Positions 47,786 through 59,770 of a DNA stretch of 64,000 nucleotides are shown piece after piece. Position 1 is the first letter of the stretch. Each line of letters opens with the position of its first letter. The notes under the pieces were generated by a model. It worked only from the letters and a program-made list of their open reading frames with translations, did no database searches and was not told the origin of the DNA. Source of the stretch: the human T2T-CHM13v2.0 reference genome, Homo sapiens; NCBI GenBank assembly GCA_009914755.4, contig CP068257.2:11904001-11968000 (forward strand), read 5' to 3'. The position numbers and the translations under genes were made by a program.

Positions 47786-48725
47786 CAGCAAGCACACTTC
47801 TAAGGAGAACGTCTCAAGGGAAACAATTAAATATATTAAACTGAATAAAAATAAAAATACAACATATCAAACTTGATTTAACACAGTTGACATCAGTGCT
47901 GAGAGGAAAATGTATTTCACTAAATGTATATAATAGAAAAGTAGAAATCTCTCAAATAAAAATTCAAGCTATCACATCAAGAAAGTAGAAAATAGTAGCA
48001 AAATAAAATCAAAACAAATATAAGAAAGAATATAATAGGGATAAGAGCAGAAATAAATGAAACAGCCAAAAGAAAACAACAAAGAAAAGCAAAGAAATAA
48101 AGCTGGTTCTTTGAAAATATCTATAAAATTGACAAACCTTAACTAATAATGATAAAGAAAAAAGGGATGTCATAAATTACCAATTTCATGAATGAAATGG
48201 GCTATCCTTACAGACCTTGAAGACATGAAAATGATAAAGGAATGTCATGAACAACTCCACTCACATACATTTGACAACTTGGGGAAAATGGGCCAATTTC
48301 ATGAAAAGCAGAAACCACCACAAAACTCACCCAATCTAAAATAGGTAATTTAATAGCCCTAAAATGTAAGGACATTTAATTTCTAATTTTAAAGACTCCT
48401 GAAGGAGAAATCTCCAGGACAAAATGGTTTTACTAAAGAATTTTATGTACTGCTTAAAGAATTGACACCAATACACACAATCTTTTCTGAAAATAGAGAA
48501 TCTTTCCCAATTCATTTTATGAAGCTAACATTACTCTGATATCAAAATAGTACAAAAAAGTAAACTATAGCCTGGTAATTCTCTTGAACATGGATACACC
48601 AGTTCTTAACAACATTAGCAGTAGCACTCAGCGATGTACACAAAGAATTACACATCATGTCCCAGTGACGTTTACTCCAGTGACTGCACACCTAGACATT
48701 CATCCCACTGAAATAAAAACTTTTT
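47786..48725 (+). mobile_element. Old L1 ORF2 middle fragment (+ strand), abutting the - strand L1 3' end
   Basis: L1M-like ORF2 sequence (..ccaaaagaaaacaacaaagaaaagcaaagaaataaagctggttctttgaaaatatctataaaattgacaaacc.. is the [14 protein letters not shown] region). The two abutting segments may be another 5'-inverted L1. Confidence 0.5.
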
Positions 48726-48769
48726 TTTTGCACTTGTAATTGGCTTCCCCTCTGCTTTTGTTGGCAAGA

Positions 48770-48866
48770 GCAGGTCGGTGTCCCAGGCTTAGAATCCATT
48801 TTTCTCTCTTTCTCTCCATCTGTCTCTCTGTCTCCGTCTCTGTCTTTGTCTCTCCCTCTCTCTCTC
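48770..48866. repeat. (CT)n-rich polypyrimidine simple repeat
   Basis: ctctctttctctccatctgtctctctgtctccgtctctgtctttgtctctccctctctctctc. Confidence 0.8.
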
Positions 48867-49140
48867 TTTTTTTGACAGAGCCTTGCTTTGTCGCCCAGGT
48901 TGCAGTGATGCGATCTCGGCTCACTGCAAGCTCCGCCTCCCGGGTTCACGCCATTCTCCTGCCTCCCGAGTAGCTGGGACTACAGGCGCCCACCACCATG
49001 CCCGCTAGTATTTTGTATTTTTAGTAGAGATGAGGTTTCACCGTGTTAGCCAGGATGGTCTTTATCTCCTGACCTTATGATCCGCCCGCCTCAGCCTCCC
49101 AAAGTGCTGGGATTACAGGCGTGAGCCACAGTGCCCGGCC
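48867..49140 (-). mobile_element. Alu (- strand) directly abutting the POTE CpG island
   Basis: tttttttgacagagccttgctttgtcgcccaggttgcagtgatgcgatctcggctcactgcaag...ggcgtgagccacagtgcccggcc. Confidence 0.88.
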
Positions 49141-49982
49141 AGAATGCATTTTTCCTCCCACACCAAAGCACCTGCAGTATGGGTGAAGCAGCCTGGAGCC
49201 TGGCTGCATAAGCCTGCACAGCAGGAGGGTCCCAGCAGGAGGGTCGAGGTGCCACTGCCTGGGTCCAGCTCACAGGCTACCAGGGAGGCTCCGATCTGGC
49301 TCCCTGGTGCTGGCAGTGTACTGTTCCCAGGATCTGCATGTGGGGGTGCCTTCCTGCATCTCCCCATCAGTGGTAGGTGCTCCTCCCAGCCGCCTCTTTC
49401 AGGCCTGGAGACAGCGGCCTGCACCTCAACCCTACTGCATGCCAGTGAAGCGAAGCACCCCGGGCCAGAAGCCCCACAGCTGTTGGCCCTGGTTTGGACA
49501 CCAGGCAGGGGGCACCACAGCAGGAGCTAGCAGCCCAGCCCCGATTCTGTGGCCCCGAGTGCCCCGTTGCTGATGGCCCTGTGTTCTGGGCACGGACCAA
49601 GGAGGAGCAGGTGTGGAAGGCGCCTCACGCAGGCCCTGGGCTCCGTGGGCGTCTTGTGCTCGGAGATTTTGAGGCCATTTGCATCCAGCTTCGCCAACCA
49701 GAGCTCTAAGCTGCAGCGGCGGCCACCCGCAACAGCACCACCACTAGTGTCTTGGGGGCTTTCTTCAGAGGAGGCTGTCAGCATCCTCGAGTTCCAGGCG
49801 CTCTAGCCCCAGTCCTGCTTCAAGAGGCTTTTTCCCACCACAGGCTTCTCCTCAGTGGCCAGAAAGCTGGGTCAACTCCCATGAACTTTGCCAGTAACGC
49901 AAGGCTGTCACTGACATTTGTGGCGCCAAGACTTGCGCACGCGGATTGCACACATCGGCCACTTCCTGCACCACGTGCAATG

Positions 49983-50087
49983 ACGCGCGCACGCCTCACG
50001 CGCACGCCGCATAACGTCTGAGGCGCGCACGCCTCACGCGCGCCCCGCACGCGCGCCCGCCTCACGCGCGCCCCGCACGCACATGAC
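49983..50087. repeat. CpG-rich tandem repeat (~30-bp unit GCGCGCACGCCTCACGCGCGCCCCGCAC, about 3 copies)
   Basis: Direct reading of the sequence shows three successive near-identical units. Confidence 0.75.
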
Positions 50088-50099
50088 GGCTTGGCTTAC

Positions 50100-50440
50100 C
50101 TGTAATGGGTGCGCTTCGCTTTGCGTTCCTCGCTTGGCCTTGCGTTCCTAGCTTGGCTTGGCGTTAGTCGCTTTGCCTGGTGTTTCTTGCTTGGATTGGC
50201 GTTTTCTCCCTCGCATTCCTTTGCTGGGCCTGAATTTTTCTCTGCTGGGTTTGGCATTCCCTTGACTGGGCTGGGTGTTTCCTTCGGAGGGGGGGCTTGG
50301 CCTTTCCTGGGGTGGGCCTGGGGTCCCCCTGGTGGGCGTGGGCTTTCCCCGGGTGGGTGTGGGTTTTCCCTGGGTGGGGTGGGCTGGGCTCCCTTGCTGG
50401 GGTTGGCAAGTTTTGGCTGGGATTGACCTTTCTCTTCAAA
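50100..50440. repeat. Degenerate tandem repeats: ~19-bp GCTTGGCNTTGCGTTNCTN units followed by GGGTGGGNNTGGGNTTTCCC-like units
   Basis: Read directly from the sequence. This is an imperfect tandem array between the CpG-dense block and the POTE ATG. Confidence 0.65.
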
Positions 50441-50536
50441 CAGATTGGAAACCCAAGGTTTCCTGCTAGTTGGTGAAACTGGTTGGTAGACGCGATCTGT
50501 TCGCTACTACCGGCCTCCCCTGGCTGTTAAAAGCAG

Positions 50537-51057
50537 ATGGTGGCTGAGGTTTGTTCAATGCCCACTGCCTCTACTGTGAAGAAGCCATTTGATCTCAGGA
50601 GCAAGATGGGCAAGTGGTGCCACCACCGCTTCCCCTGCTGCAGGGGGAGCGGCAAGAGCAACATGGGCACTTCTGGAGACCACGACGACTCCTTTATGAA
50701 GATGCTCAGGAGCAAGATGGGCAAGTGTTGCCGCCACTGCTTCCCCTGCTGCAGGGGGAGCGGCACGAGCAACGTGGGCACTTCTGGAGACCATGAAAAC
50801 TCCTTTATGAAGATGCTCAGGAGCAAGATGGGCAAGTGGTGCTGTCACTGCTTCCCCTGCTGCAGGGGGAGCGGCAAGAGCAACGTGGGCGCTTGGGGAG
50901 ACTACGACCACAGCGCCTTCATGGAGCCGAGGTACCACATCCGTCGAGAAGATCTGGACAAGCTCCACAGAGCTGCCTGGTGGGGTAAAGTCCCCAGAAA
51001 GGATCTCATCGTCATGCTCAGGGACACTGACATGAACAAGAGGGACAAGGAAAAGAG
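50537..51057 (+). CDS. POTE: POTE ankyrin domain family member, coding exon 1 (N-terminal cysteine-rich repeat region; partial gene, paralog not determined)
   Basis: ATG at 50537. The translation [42 protein letters not shown]...[12 protein letters not shown] matches the POTE N-terminus as I recall it. It holds three 37-aa Cys-rich repeats ([19 protein letters not shown]...). The exon ends ..AAGAG with donor GTAACC at 51058-51059; the split AGG codon is completed by the G at 55431. Family-level symbol only. Confidence 0.88.
50594..50926 (+). repeat. Three tandem 111-bp coding repeats (37-aa cysteine-rich domain units) inside POTE exon 1
   Basis: CTCAGGAGCAAGATGGGCAAG recurs at 50594, 50705 and 50816. 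The protein repeats LRSKMGK(W/C)[15 protein letters not shown].... Confidence 0.85.
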
Positions 51058-52030
51058 GTAACCGGGCCTGGGATGGGAGGAGGCAGGACATGGGGGGATG
51101 ATGGGGACATACCCTCCTGGCGCAGGGAGGGAGGAGCCAGGCTTTCTCTTCCTCCGCAGGCCCCACACCACCCTGGGTGTGGAAACCTCAGAGAGGTCAG
51201 GGCCCAGGTCCCTTTATAAACAGCGACACAAAAAGTTTTAGCTGATTTCCAATCCAATTACAATTTCCCTTATAGAACACTAATAGACTGTTTTAAAGTG
51301 ATTTAACTCGCAAAATTAAGTCGATGCAGCAGATTATTTTTAATGTACACATTTTAAAACAATGTTCTGTACACTATAGAAAGGTGTATATTGAGAACTA
51401 AGTCCCATAATATATCAACTTCTGGGCTAAATATCTTTCAAATAAAATCCAATATGGATTTTATATCGATGTACCCCTATGTAAATACGTTCTTTACTGA
51501 GTAACCTTAAAAGGAAACTGAAATGGGAAGTATGGTTCATATCTTTGAATAGGAAGGTTCGTTTTTCTTAAGATGTGAGCTTTTTCTGTGTTTATCACTT
51601 TTACATAAGCCAAATAAAAATAGCAAAGTCTTAGTGTCTTTAAATTGCACATGATGTATTTTATCATTGTGATAAATTGATTTTTTTTAACAGAATGGAA
51701 AAAGACTTGCTTTTCCAGATATCAAAATGTGCATGTGTTATTTCCACAAATTGTTTACTAACAGCTGAAAAGACATAAATGAACAGAACAGAATAGGAAA
51801 TCCAGAAATACCCAAATATATGTAAGAATTTAGCACTTGATAATGGTGATGTTTCATATTGGTAAAACAAGGTGAATTATTCATAAATTAAATGCATGCT
51901 GCTTGGAGAAAACTACCTAGATTTTTATGTCACAAAAATAAGTTCCTGGAGTATAGATTAAAAATTTTAAAGATACAAAAGGAGAAAAGTACCAGAAGAA
52001 AACACAAATGCCTATTTATATGTGAAAATA

Positions 52031-52323
52031 TTTATTTATTTTTCTGAGACAGACTCTCACTCCATAGCCCAGGCTGGAGTGCAGTGGTGCAATATCAGCT
52101 CACTACAACCTCTGGTTCCTGGTTCAAGTAATTCTCTGCCTCAGCCTACCAAGTAGCTGGGATTACAGGCACCCACCACCATGCCTGGCTAATTTTTTGT
52201 GTTCTTAATCAAGACGGGATTTCACCATCTTTGCCAGGCTGGTCTTGAACTCCTGTCCTTGTGATCCACCCACCTCAGCCTCCCAAAGTGCTGAGATTAC
52301 AGTCATGAGCCACTGAAACCGGC
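52031..52323 (-). mobile_element. AluS (- strand) in POTE intron 1
   Basis: tttatttatttttctgagacagactctcactccatagcccaggctggagtgcagtggtgc...ctgagattacagtcatgagccactgaaaccggc. Confidence 0.88.
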
Positions 52324-52467
52324 ATATATATGCAGATATAATAAAATAAGCTCAATTTAAAATTGGGCAAGGTACTTTTTTGCATGTCTACCAGTGACCT
52401 GTGCACATAGGAAAACAGCATTCCTGCTAAGAGAAGGAATTTAAGTTAGAAGAGGAATGAAAGACTA

Positions 52468-52890
<423 letters not shown>

Positions 52891-54007
52891 TTAAGTTGCT
52901 GCGACTTTTCAAATAGACACTTTGATGGTAAGAACCATATTTTTAAAATGTGTATGCCTTTTACCCATCTATTCCATTATACTGAAATATCTATATGAAA
53001 CAGACACAGCTGTTTTTCTTAGTATTGCTTAAAATAGCCATGTATTGAGAAGAACTCATATAAAGATGTTATAAACAAATTTCAGTGCATCCATAGGATG
53101 GAATAATATGTAACCATTGAGGGTGTCAGTAGATACAGAGATATGTCGGCATGCAAAGATGTACTTTGCTATATCAAGTGAGAAAAAATCAGTTTGTTAT
53201 ACATATACACAAACAGAATCTGCTCTTGTGTTAGCTGGAAATATGTGGAAAATATAATCAAACTTATTTCTGGGGATTTGTAAGTGAAGTTTTTCCCTTT
53301 CTCTTATCTGTGATTTCTGCAATGAACATCTGAAAAGTTTTAGTTAAGTTTCATTAGTAATGAAATAATCCTTGGGAAGAGAAGGAATATGCTACTTGCA
53401 TAGATACAAATAATTTCTCACATTCTGTTATTTATTTTTATACCTGTGGATGGCTATCTTCTGTGAACTTTTACCCTCTTCAGAAGTAGAGGGCTTCTGT
53501 TTACCTCTTCTGGTAGATTTTATTGTATATACATTTTATTATATATAGATTAATGTGTAAATAGTATGGATTAATTATTTTAGTTTAGTTATATATTTAT
53601 GAAAACTAAAATAGCAAATATAAATGATCGTTACTATCGCAAATGTATTGCTCTACTCAACAGGAGTTTTCTTTTAAAAATATTGAACTTCCAACCTATG
53701 TTTATCCATTCTTTCAATCCGTTTAGTCATCAAACATAAGCCAGACACCTATTATATGGCAGGCATATTCTGCTATCTCTCAGGATCCTTCCACCTTTGA
53801 AAACTTCATGTTTACCTGCTGCGCCTGAGCAAGCTGAGAGAATCAAAATTGGGGCATTAGGACTTAATCTCAATTGAAGCTTTTCCTCCCTCCTTTCAAA
53901 CAAAAGCATTTCTGAAGGTGACAAATAGTAAAAGATAACCCTTAACTGCCCTTTTGAAAATTTATAAGGCTTGGGTAAAGACTGTTTTAGCTGTTTTAAG
54001 AACTTAA

Positions 54008-54398
54008 ATGTGGTACATAAACAGCATGGAATACTATGTAGCCATAAAAGAAAGAACAAGAGCCTGTCCTTTGCAGGGACATGGATGGTGTTGAAGGCCA
54101 TTATCCTTAACAAACTAACATAGGAAGAGAAAACCAAATACTGCATGGTCTCTCTTATAGGTGGGAGCTAAATGAGGAGAACACACAGACACCTAGAGGG
54201 AAGCAACACACACTGGGGCCTATCAGAGGGTGGAGGGTGGGAGGAAGGAAAGAAGCAGGAAATAGAACTAACGGGTACTAGGCTTAACACCTGAGTAATG
54301 AAATAATCTGTACAACCAACCCCCTTGGCACACGTTTACCTATGTTAACCAACCTGCACATCCTGCACCTGTATCCCCGAATGTAAAAGTTGAGAAAA
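54008..54398 (+). mobile_element. L1 3'-end fragment (+ strand) in POTE intron 1
   Basis: ..aatgtggtacataaacagcatggaatactatgtagccataaaagaaag...gtgggagctaaatgaggagaacacacagacac...cctatgttaaccaacctgcacatcctgcacctgtatcc. ORF 53730-54146 on the - strand is the antisense-L1 pseudo-ORF. Confidence 0.75.
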
Positions 54399-55430
54399 GC
54401 TCCACAAATAGTTTCATAAATCCATTTTAAAAAGAGAAAATTTATAACAGTCTTAAATCCTAATATGAATGATTGGAAATATCTGATGTACATACATTGT
54501 ATAAATCTAAGTATTGAAAAAAATGAGCCCATGCTATTCATTTGAATTTCAAGTTTTCTTTGGCTTAAAGTTTTTGAAAACCAAAGTAAGAAATAGATTA
54601 TTTTAGAAAATTGTTTTTGTTTTCACCTCAGCCCTCTTATTCCATAGTTCTTTTAAAAACTAAAATTTATCTAAATGCTAGTCATCTGACTGGAACTGCC
54701 CCAGACCTGTTATATTATAACATATTCTACTTAGTATAAGGCACCAGGGATTGTATGATGCCCCATTATTTTATGTCTCACTAAGAAAATTATTTAAATG
54801 CTGCCAATTATAATTATAGTAAATCATGAATTATAAGTGGTATTTCAGTGTAAGAAATGTTAAAACATGGAGACAATGATCATCTTAGACTCAATAAAAT
54901 ACAGTACAACGCTACCTGTAATCTTTAAAATGTACCTGAAAGTGTAGGTATAATTGTATCGTTTCACTTAATTCAAATGTTGTCTTTAGTGGTATTAGTA
55001 AAAATTATAATATCTTACAATTTTTGAGCTGTTATTTGTGTTAGGAACTATTCTATATTTTGTGTAGAGTCTTATTTAAGCATTACAGTGGTTTCCTCTG
55101 AGAAACTGACTATTTTCATTCCCATTTTATTGATGAGGAAATTGAGACACAAAAAGGCTAAGCAACAGCTAGGAAGTGACAGAGCTTCAAGTAGGATTCC
55201 AGCCCAAGTTGAATGTCATCCAAGAGCTATGCTCTTTCTATTCAAATAGGCTGCTCTTTCATTAATACAGTGAGTAATGAGAGGTAATAAGTAGTGTGCT
55301 TTCTTCAAAGGAAAATTGAGTTTGTTTTGAAGGCAGAGTAATAGGCTATTCAGTGTTTGCAACTACATGAATCATTAATGTGGCATTAGCTAGTGAACTA
55401 CAATTTCCTCAAGTCTTCTCACTCTCATAG

Positions 55431-55545
55431 GACTGCTCTACATTTGGCCTCTGCCAATGGAAATTCAGAAGTAGTACAACTCCTGCTGGACAGACGATGT
55501 CAACTTAATGTCCTTGACAACAAAAAAAGGACAGCTCTGATAAAG
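55431..55545 (+). CDS. POTE: POTE coding exon 2 (ankyrin repeat: [38 protein letters not shown])
   Basis: Acceptor cataG at 55429-55430, donor GTATG at 55546. The phase is continuous with exon 1 (R codon split AG|G). The sequence is a canonical ankyrin motif and matches POTE. Confidence 0.88.
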
Positions 55546-55701
55546 GTATGCAGTAGTCAACTATATCAGCGTGAGATGGGTTTGATTTCAATAGATAGCA
55601 TAAAAATGAGTTTTCTCATTTAAATATAACTAGTTGGTGAAAGCTGTGGAATGTTATTTTGAATTCCTAGGACTTGTAATTTGTTTTTGGTCTAATACTG
55701 A

Positions 55702-55881
<180 letters not shown>

Positions 55882-56445
55882 TAGATCTACCAATTTTATC
55901 TTCAAAATACTGAAATGCATTCGTGTTAACATTGACCTGTGTAAGGGCCAGTTTTCCGTATTTGGAAGCTCAAGCATAACCTGAATGAAAATATTTTGAA
56001 TAGACTTAATTATCTAAGACTTTATTTTAAATATTGTTACTTTTAAAGAAGCATTAGAGGGTACAGATTTTTCAGTGCACTTGTGGTTAGTGCTTTTTTT
56101 AAAAAAACACTGAATTTGTAAAAGGTAATACTTTTTTTTTTTTCAATTTTTCCCTGCCAAGTTTTTTTTCCCTAATGAATGTAAAATGACAAAATTTGCC
56201 CTGGAAATAGGTTTTACATTAAAACTCCAAGAAAACTTAAACATGTTTCAGTGAATAGTAATCCTGCTACTTTGGCAAATTCCTAAAAAAACACTAATAG
56301 ATATGAGGTGATGTATCTCTCAGTGGCAAGGCTTAAGATATTTCTGATTGCTCATGAGGCAGAAGTGGAAAGGGAAAAATGCAGCAATCAGAAATATCAA
56401 GGCCAACTTGGAAATTAGGTAATGGGGGAAAAGACCATGAAGAGG

Positions 56446-56446
<1 letters not shown>

Positions 56447-56479
<33 letters not shown>
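56447..56479. repeat. (TG)n microsatellite in POTE intron 3
   Basis: Read directly from the sequence. Confidence 0.95.
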
Positions 56480-56480
<1 letters not shown>

Positions 56481-57123
56481 GTTACTGTTGTTCATTCATT
56501 TGTTTCCTTTATATGGTGAGACAGGGTTCTTTTCCATTTTAGAGAATGACAGTTTTCAGTTTGGGAGAGGGAGTTAGTGGGTTGTAAACTGCCTAGAGAT
56601 AAATTTTAGGAGGCCTCTGAGGAACCAGATTGGCAGTGAATATGTGGTAATGTATTGGGAACCCTTGAGTAGAAGGAATAACAAGTAATTAACCAACTTA
56701 GTATCCTATTCTGGTAGAAATGGCCAATTAGAGTCTCAACTCTGCTTTCAATTCTAGAATGTCTTGATGGGAAGGTGGGAGATAAGGGGCTTATAAGTAA
56801 AAAGATCAGGTTGGATTTTGAGTTTACTAGACCTTGTTCTACTCTTACCGGGGAAAATTTTGTGGTGTTTTCAGCAAATGAATCTCTCTCCTACTCTTTC
56901 CTCTTTTTGACCAAATCCTCAAATGATAAAGGGAATTGTTTATGTGGATGAGAGATGAGACTGAAATAATTGTCTATTGCACTAGCTTCCAGCTAGAGTT
57001 GTGCATTCCAGTTACCTCAGGAAAATTTTTAAATAATCTTCAAGTCTAGGTTTTCCCCTGAAGATTTTGATAGAGTAAGTCTAATAAAGCCGGGATATGT
57101 ATGTTTAAAAATGTTTCCTTGAA

Positions 57124-57260
57124 GCCAGGCATGGTGGTGCATGGCTGTAGTCCCAGCTGCTAGGGAGGCTGAGGTGGGAGGATTGCTTGAGCTTAGGAGT
57201 TCTAGTCTAGCCTGGTCAACATAATGAGACCCTGTCTCTAACAACAACAACAACAAATTT
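57124..57260 (+). mobile_element. Alu monomer-like fragment (FRAM/FLAM-type, + strand) with (CAA)n tail
   Basis: gccaggcatggtggtgcatggctgtagtcccagctgctagggaggctgaggtgggaggattgcttgagc...gagaccctgtctctaacaacaacaacaacaaa. Confidence 0.65.
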
Positions 57261-57417
57261 CTCAAAATCCGGATACACTCCTGCTTAACCACTGAATACA
57301 TAAGTGTAATATGTAAATTCTTATATCTCAGAAACTTCAGATATTTCTAGAAGAGTTGGAGTTGGATATGTGCTAATTCCTTTAAATCTTTCCTTTCCAA
57401 TAACATTAATCTAAATT

Positions 57418-57674
57418 TTTGTTTGTTTGTTTTTGAGATGGGGTCTCACTCTGTTCCCCAGGCTGGAGTGCAGTGGTGCGGTCACAGATCACCACAGCCT
57501 TGACGTCCCTAAGCTCTGGTGGTCCTCCAATCTGTTTTTGTATTTTTTTTTTAAGTAGAGATGAGGTTTTTGCCGTGTTTCTCAGGCTGATCTTGAACTC
57601 CTGGGCTCAAGTGAATCACCCACCTCAGGCTCCCAAAATGCTAAGATTACAGGTGTGAGCCACCATTCTTGGCC
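57418..57674 (-). mobile_element. AluJ-like (- strand) in POTE intron 3
   Basis: ttttgagatggggtctcactctgttccccaggctggagtgcagtggtgcggtcacag...ctcccaaaatgctaagattacaggtgtgagccaccattcttggcc. Confidence 0.8.
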
Positions 57675-58656
57675 TAGTCTGACTTATCTCTGTCGTTGAG
57701 ACATTAAAATGAATATTATTGGCACTATCTATCAGCTTACAGAATAATAGCTTTTCCTTTCTACCATCAGTTATTCACTGCCATTCAGAAGGTCTTTAGA
57801 AATTTGCAGTGAGTAGTCTTCCAATAAGTAGAGGATGGCTCTCTCAGGACTTTGTGTCCCTTTGTTCACTCATTCAAGTGCTTAGGTCAGTAAGTCGTTT
57901 TTAAGAGCAGAGTTTTCTCAGAATTGTAGCAAATTCTAAACCTTTTTTGTCAATTGAAGCTGTATTATGGGCTATCCAGTATGTCTCTTAAGTTTGTAGA
58001 GCTTTGGCTTAATCAGGATGGCAGGTTTAAACACTAAAAACCATGGAGTTATTAAGAATACAGATAGGAAATCTCTTAGTTTCAGTAATCCTATGAACTG
58101 ATTATCTATCTAGTTAACAATCTGGAAAAATTAAATACAAATAGATTTTAAATGAATAAATGTTGGAAAAATTCTTGAAATGGGCAGTGTATTAATAGCA
58201 ATATTTATTGCACGTTGGAGCTTGAACTTTGGTAAAACATGTGAAACTAAAGAAATATTTTACATTCAAATTCTTGCTTTATACACAACAATTTTGTCTT
58301 AGGGTTGGATAATATAGAGATAAAAGATACAGCCCCTGCCCTCAAGAAGCTTTTTGTTTAAATGAAAAGAAAAATCATCCAAAAGTGCCATGCCAAATGC
58401 TCGTTTAGAAACAAAGAGTCTTGGAAACAGTAAATGTTTAAGGTGAGTTTTTGAGATGATCAGATTTAATGTGGTGAGGCAGAGAAGGGATGTTTCCAAG
58501 GGAAGGAGTGGCATGTGGGAAAGTACAGAAGAGTGAGAAGGAAGCGACCAAGTTTTATTTACTTTCTGTGAGTGTAAGTCCATAAGCTTCCAGTTCAGTT
58601 GAGAAATACATAATTTTTTGAATTACATATTGTTTTTGTTTTATATTGTTTTACAG

Positions 58657-58763
58657 TGTGGCCTCACACCACTTTTGCTTGGCGTACATGAACAAAAACA
58701 GCAAGTGGTGAAATTTTTAATCAAGAAAAAAGCTAATTTAAATGTACTTGATAGATATGGAAG
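58657..58763 (+). CDS. POTE: POTE coding exon 4 ([36 protein letters not shown])
   Basis: Polypyrimidine tract plus acceptor ttttacAG at 58655-58656, donor GTATGG at 58764. The exon ends AG, completing an R codon with the first base of exon 5. Confidence 0.86.
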
Positions 58764-59446
58764 GTATGGTTATTTCTTTTAATTTGTGTGTTGTTCTAGA
58801 TTGATAGCAGTCACTCAAGTCATAAATAATAAATTAAAAAGATTAAATTATACTTATTGGGACATAGTGATCAGTATCAACACAAATCAGTTAAGTAGAA
58901 AAGCAATTATTTGGACTGGGCAACATAAAGAACTGTTTTAGTAGGATTCATCATCTCTTATTATATTGACTGATGTTATTTGTTGTATGATGTTTTTGGT
59001 TACATGATCTTATGTTAGCTAAAGGGATTTCATATTAATTTTATGAAGTTTGAACTTTAACTTTCAGTTTACTTTATGACTCAGTATTGAACTTCTTAAC
59101 CCTTTCTAGTAGGTTTTAACCTCTGTATCTTATATGCTTTTCCACTAAATATGCTGTATTAAACATAAATAGGAGTTGAAAATCCTTTTATCTTTTCAAT
59201 GACTCTGCTTTAAGTTGCTTTCTTTGAAGAATATTAATGTTAGCTTATCCCCACATGACAATTAATTGCTATTCCCACATACTGTGGGTTCAACAGCTTT
59301 TTTCCTTTTTTATTTCCAGTGTATTTTGATGTTTTTATTTTTAGTTGGTATGGAGAGAGGGAGTGAAGATAGTTTTAAGTGGATACACTTTTCCTTTAAT
59401 GAAGGCAAGCTGTAGGTGGGTGATAAAGAGAAAAGATGAAATTGGA

Positions 59447-59770
59447 AATCATCATTCTCAGTAAACTATCGCAAGAACAAAAAACCAAACACCGCATATT
59501 CTCACTCATAGGTGGGAATTGAACAATGCAATCACATGGACACAAGAAGGGGAATATCACACTCTGGGGACTGTGGTGGGGTGGGGGGAGGGGGGAGGGA
59601 TAGCTTTGGGAGATATACCTAATGCTAGATGACGAGTTAGTGGGTGCAGCGCACCAGCATGGCACATGTATACATATGTAACTAACCTGCACAATGTGCA
59701 CATGTACCCTAAAACTTAAAGTATAATAAAAAATAAAAATAAAAAACAAAACAAAAACAAAACAAAAACT
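59447..59770 (+). mobile_element. Short 5'-truncated young L1PA 3' end (+ strand) in POTE intron 4
   Basis: ..ggaaatcatcattctcagtaaactatcgcaagaacaaaaaaccaaacaccgcatattctcactcataggtgggaattgaacaatg...gggagggatagctttgggagatatacctaatgctagatgacgagttagtgggtgcagcgcaccagcatggcacatgtatacatatgtaactaacctgcacaatgtgcacatgtaccctaaaacttaaagtataataaaaaa. Confidence 0.85.

Larger units (their letters stand above)
49141..50536 (+). promoter_or_regulatory. CpG island / putative promoter and 5'UTR of the POTE gene
   Basis: A very GC- and CpG-rich block immediately upstream of the POTE ATG. It starts right after an Alu that ends at 49140. It contains CpG-dense tandem repeats at 49983-50087 and degenerate ~19-bp repeats at 50100-50440. 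The transcription start site is not determinable from sequence. Confidence 0.45.

Noticed and set aside
49113-50469. Multiple overlapping 60-128-aa ORFs in all frames (e.g. 49144-49530, 49113-49424, 50109-50426, 50164-50439)
   Set aside because: These are an open-frame artefact of a CpG island and tandem repeats. The translations are low-complexity, rich in Pro, Gly, Ala and Arg, and mutually overlapping. None is protein-like.
50555-51166. 203-aa ORF on the - strand overlapping POTE exon 1
   Set aside because: It is the antisense reading of the GC-rich 111-bp tandem repeat and shows the same internal periodicity (..[17 protein letters not shown]..). It has no independent coding support. The sense strand matches a known protein family.
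55393-55623. 76-aa ORF that appears to extend POTE exon 2 on both sides
   Set aside because: The ORF starts on a GTG and reads through the real splice acceptor at 55431 and the donor at 55546. Only 55431-55545 is exon.
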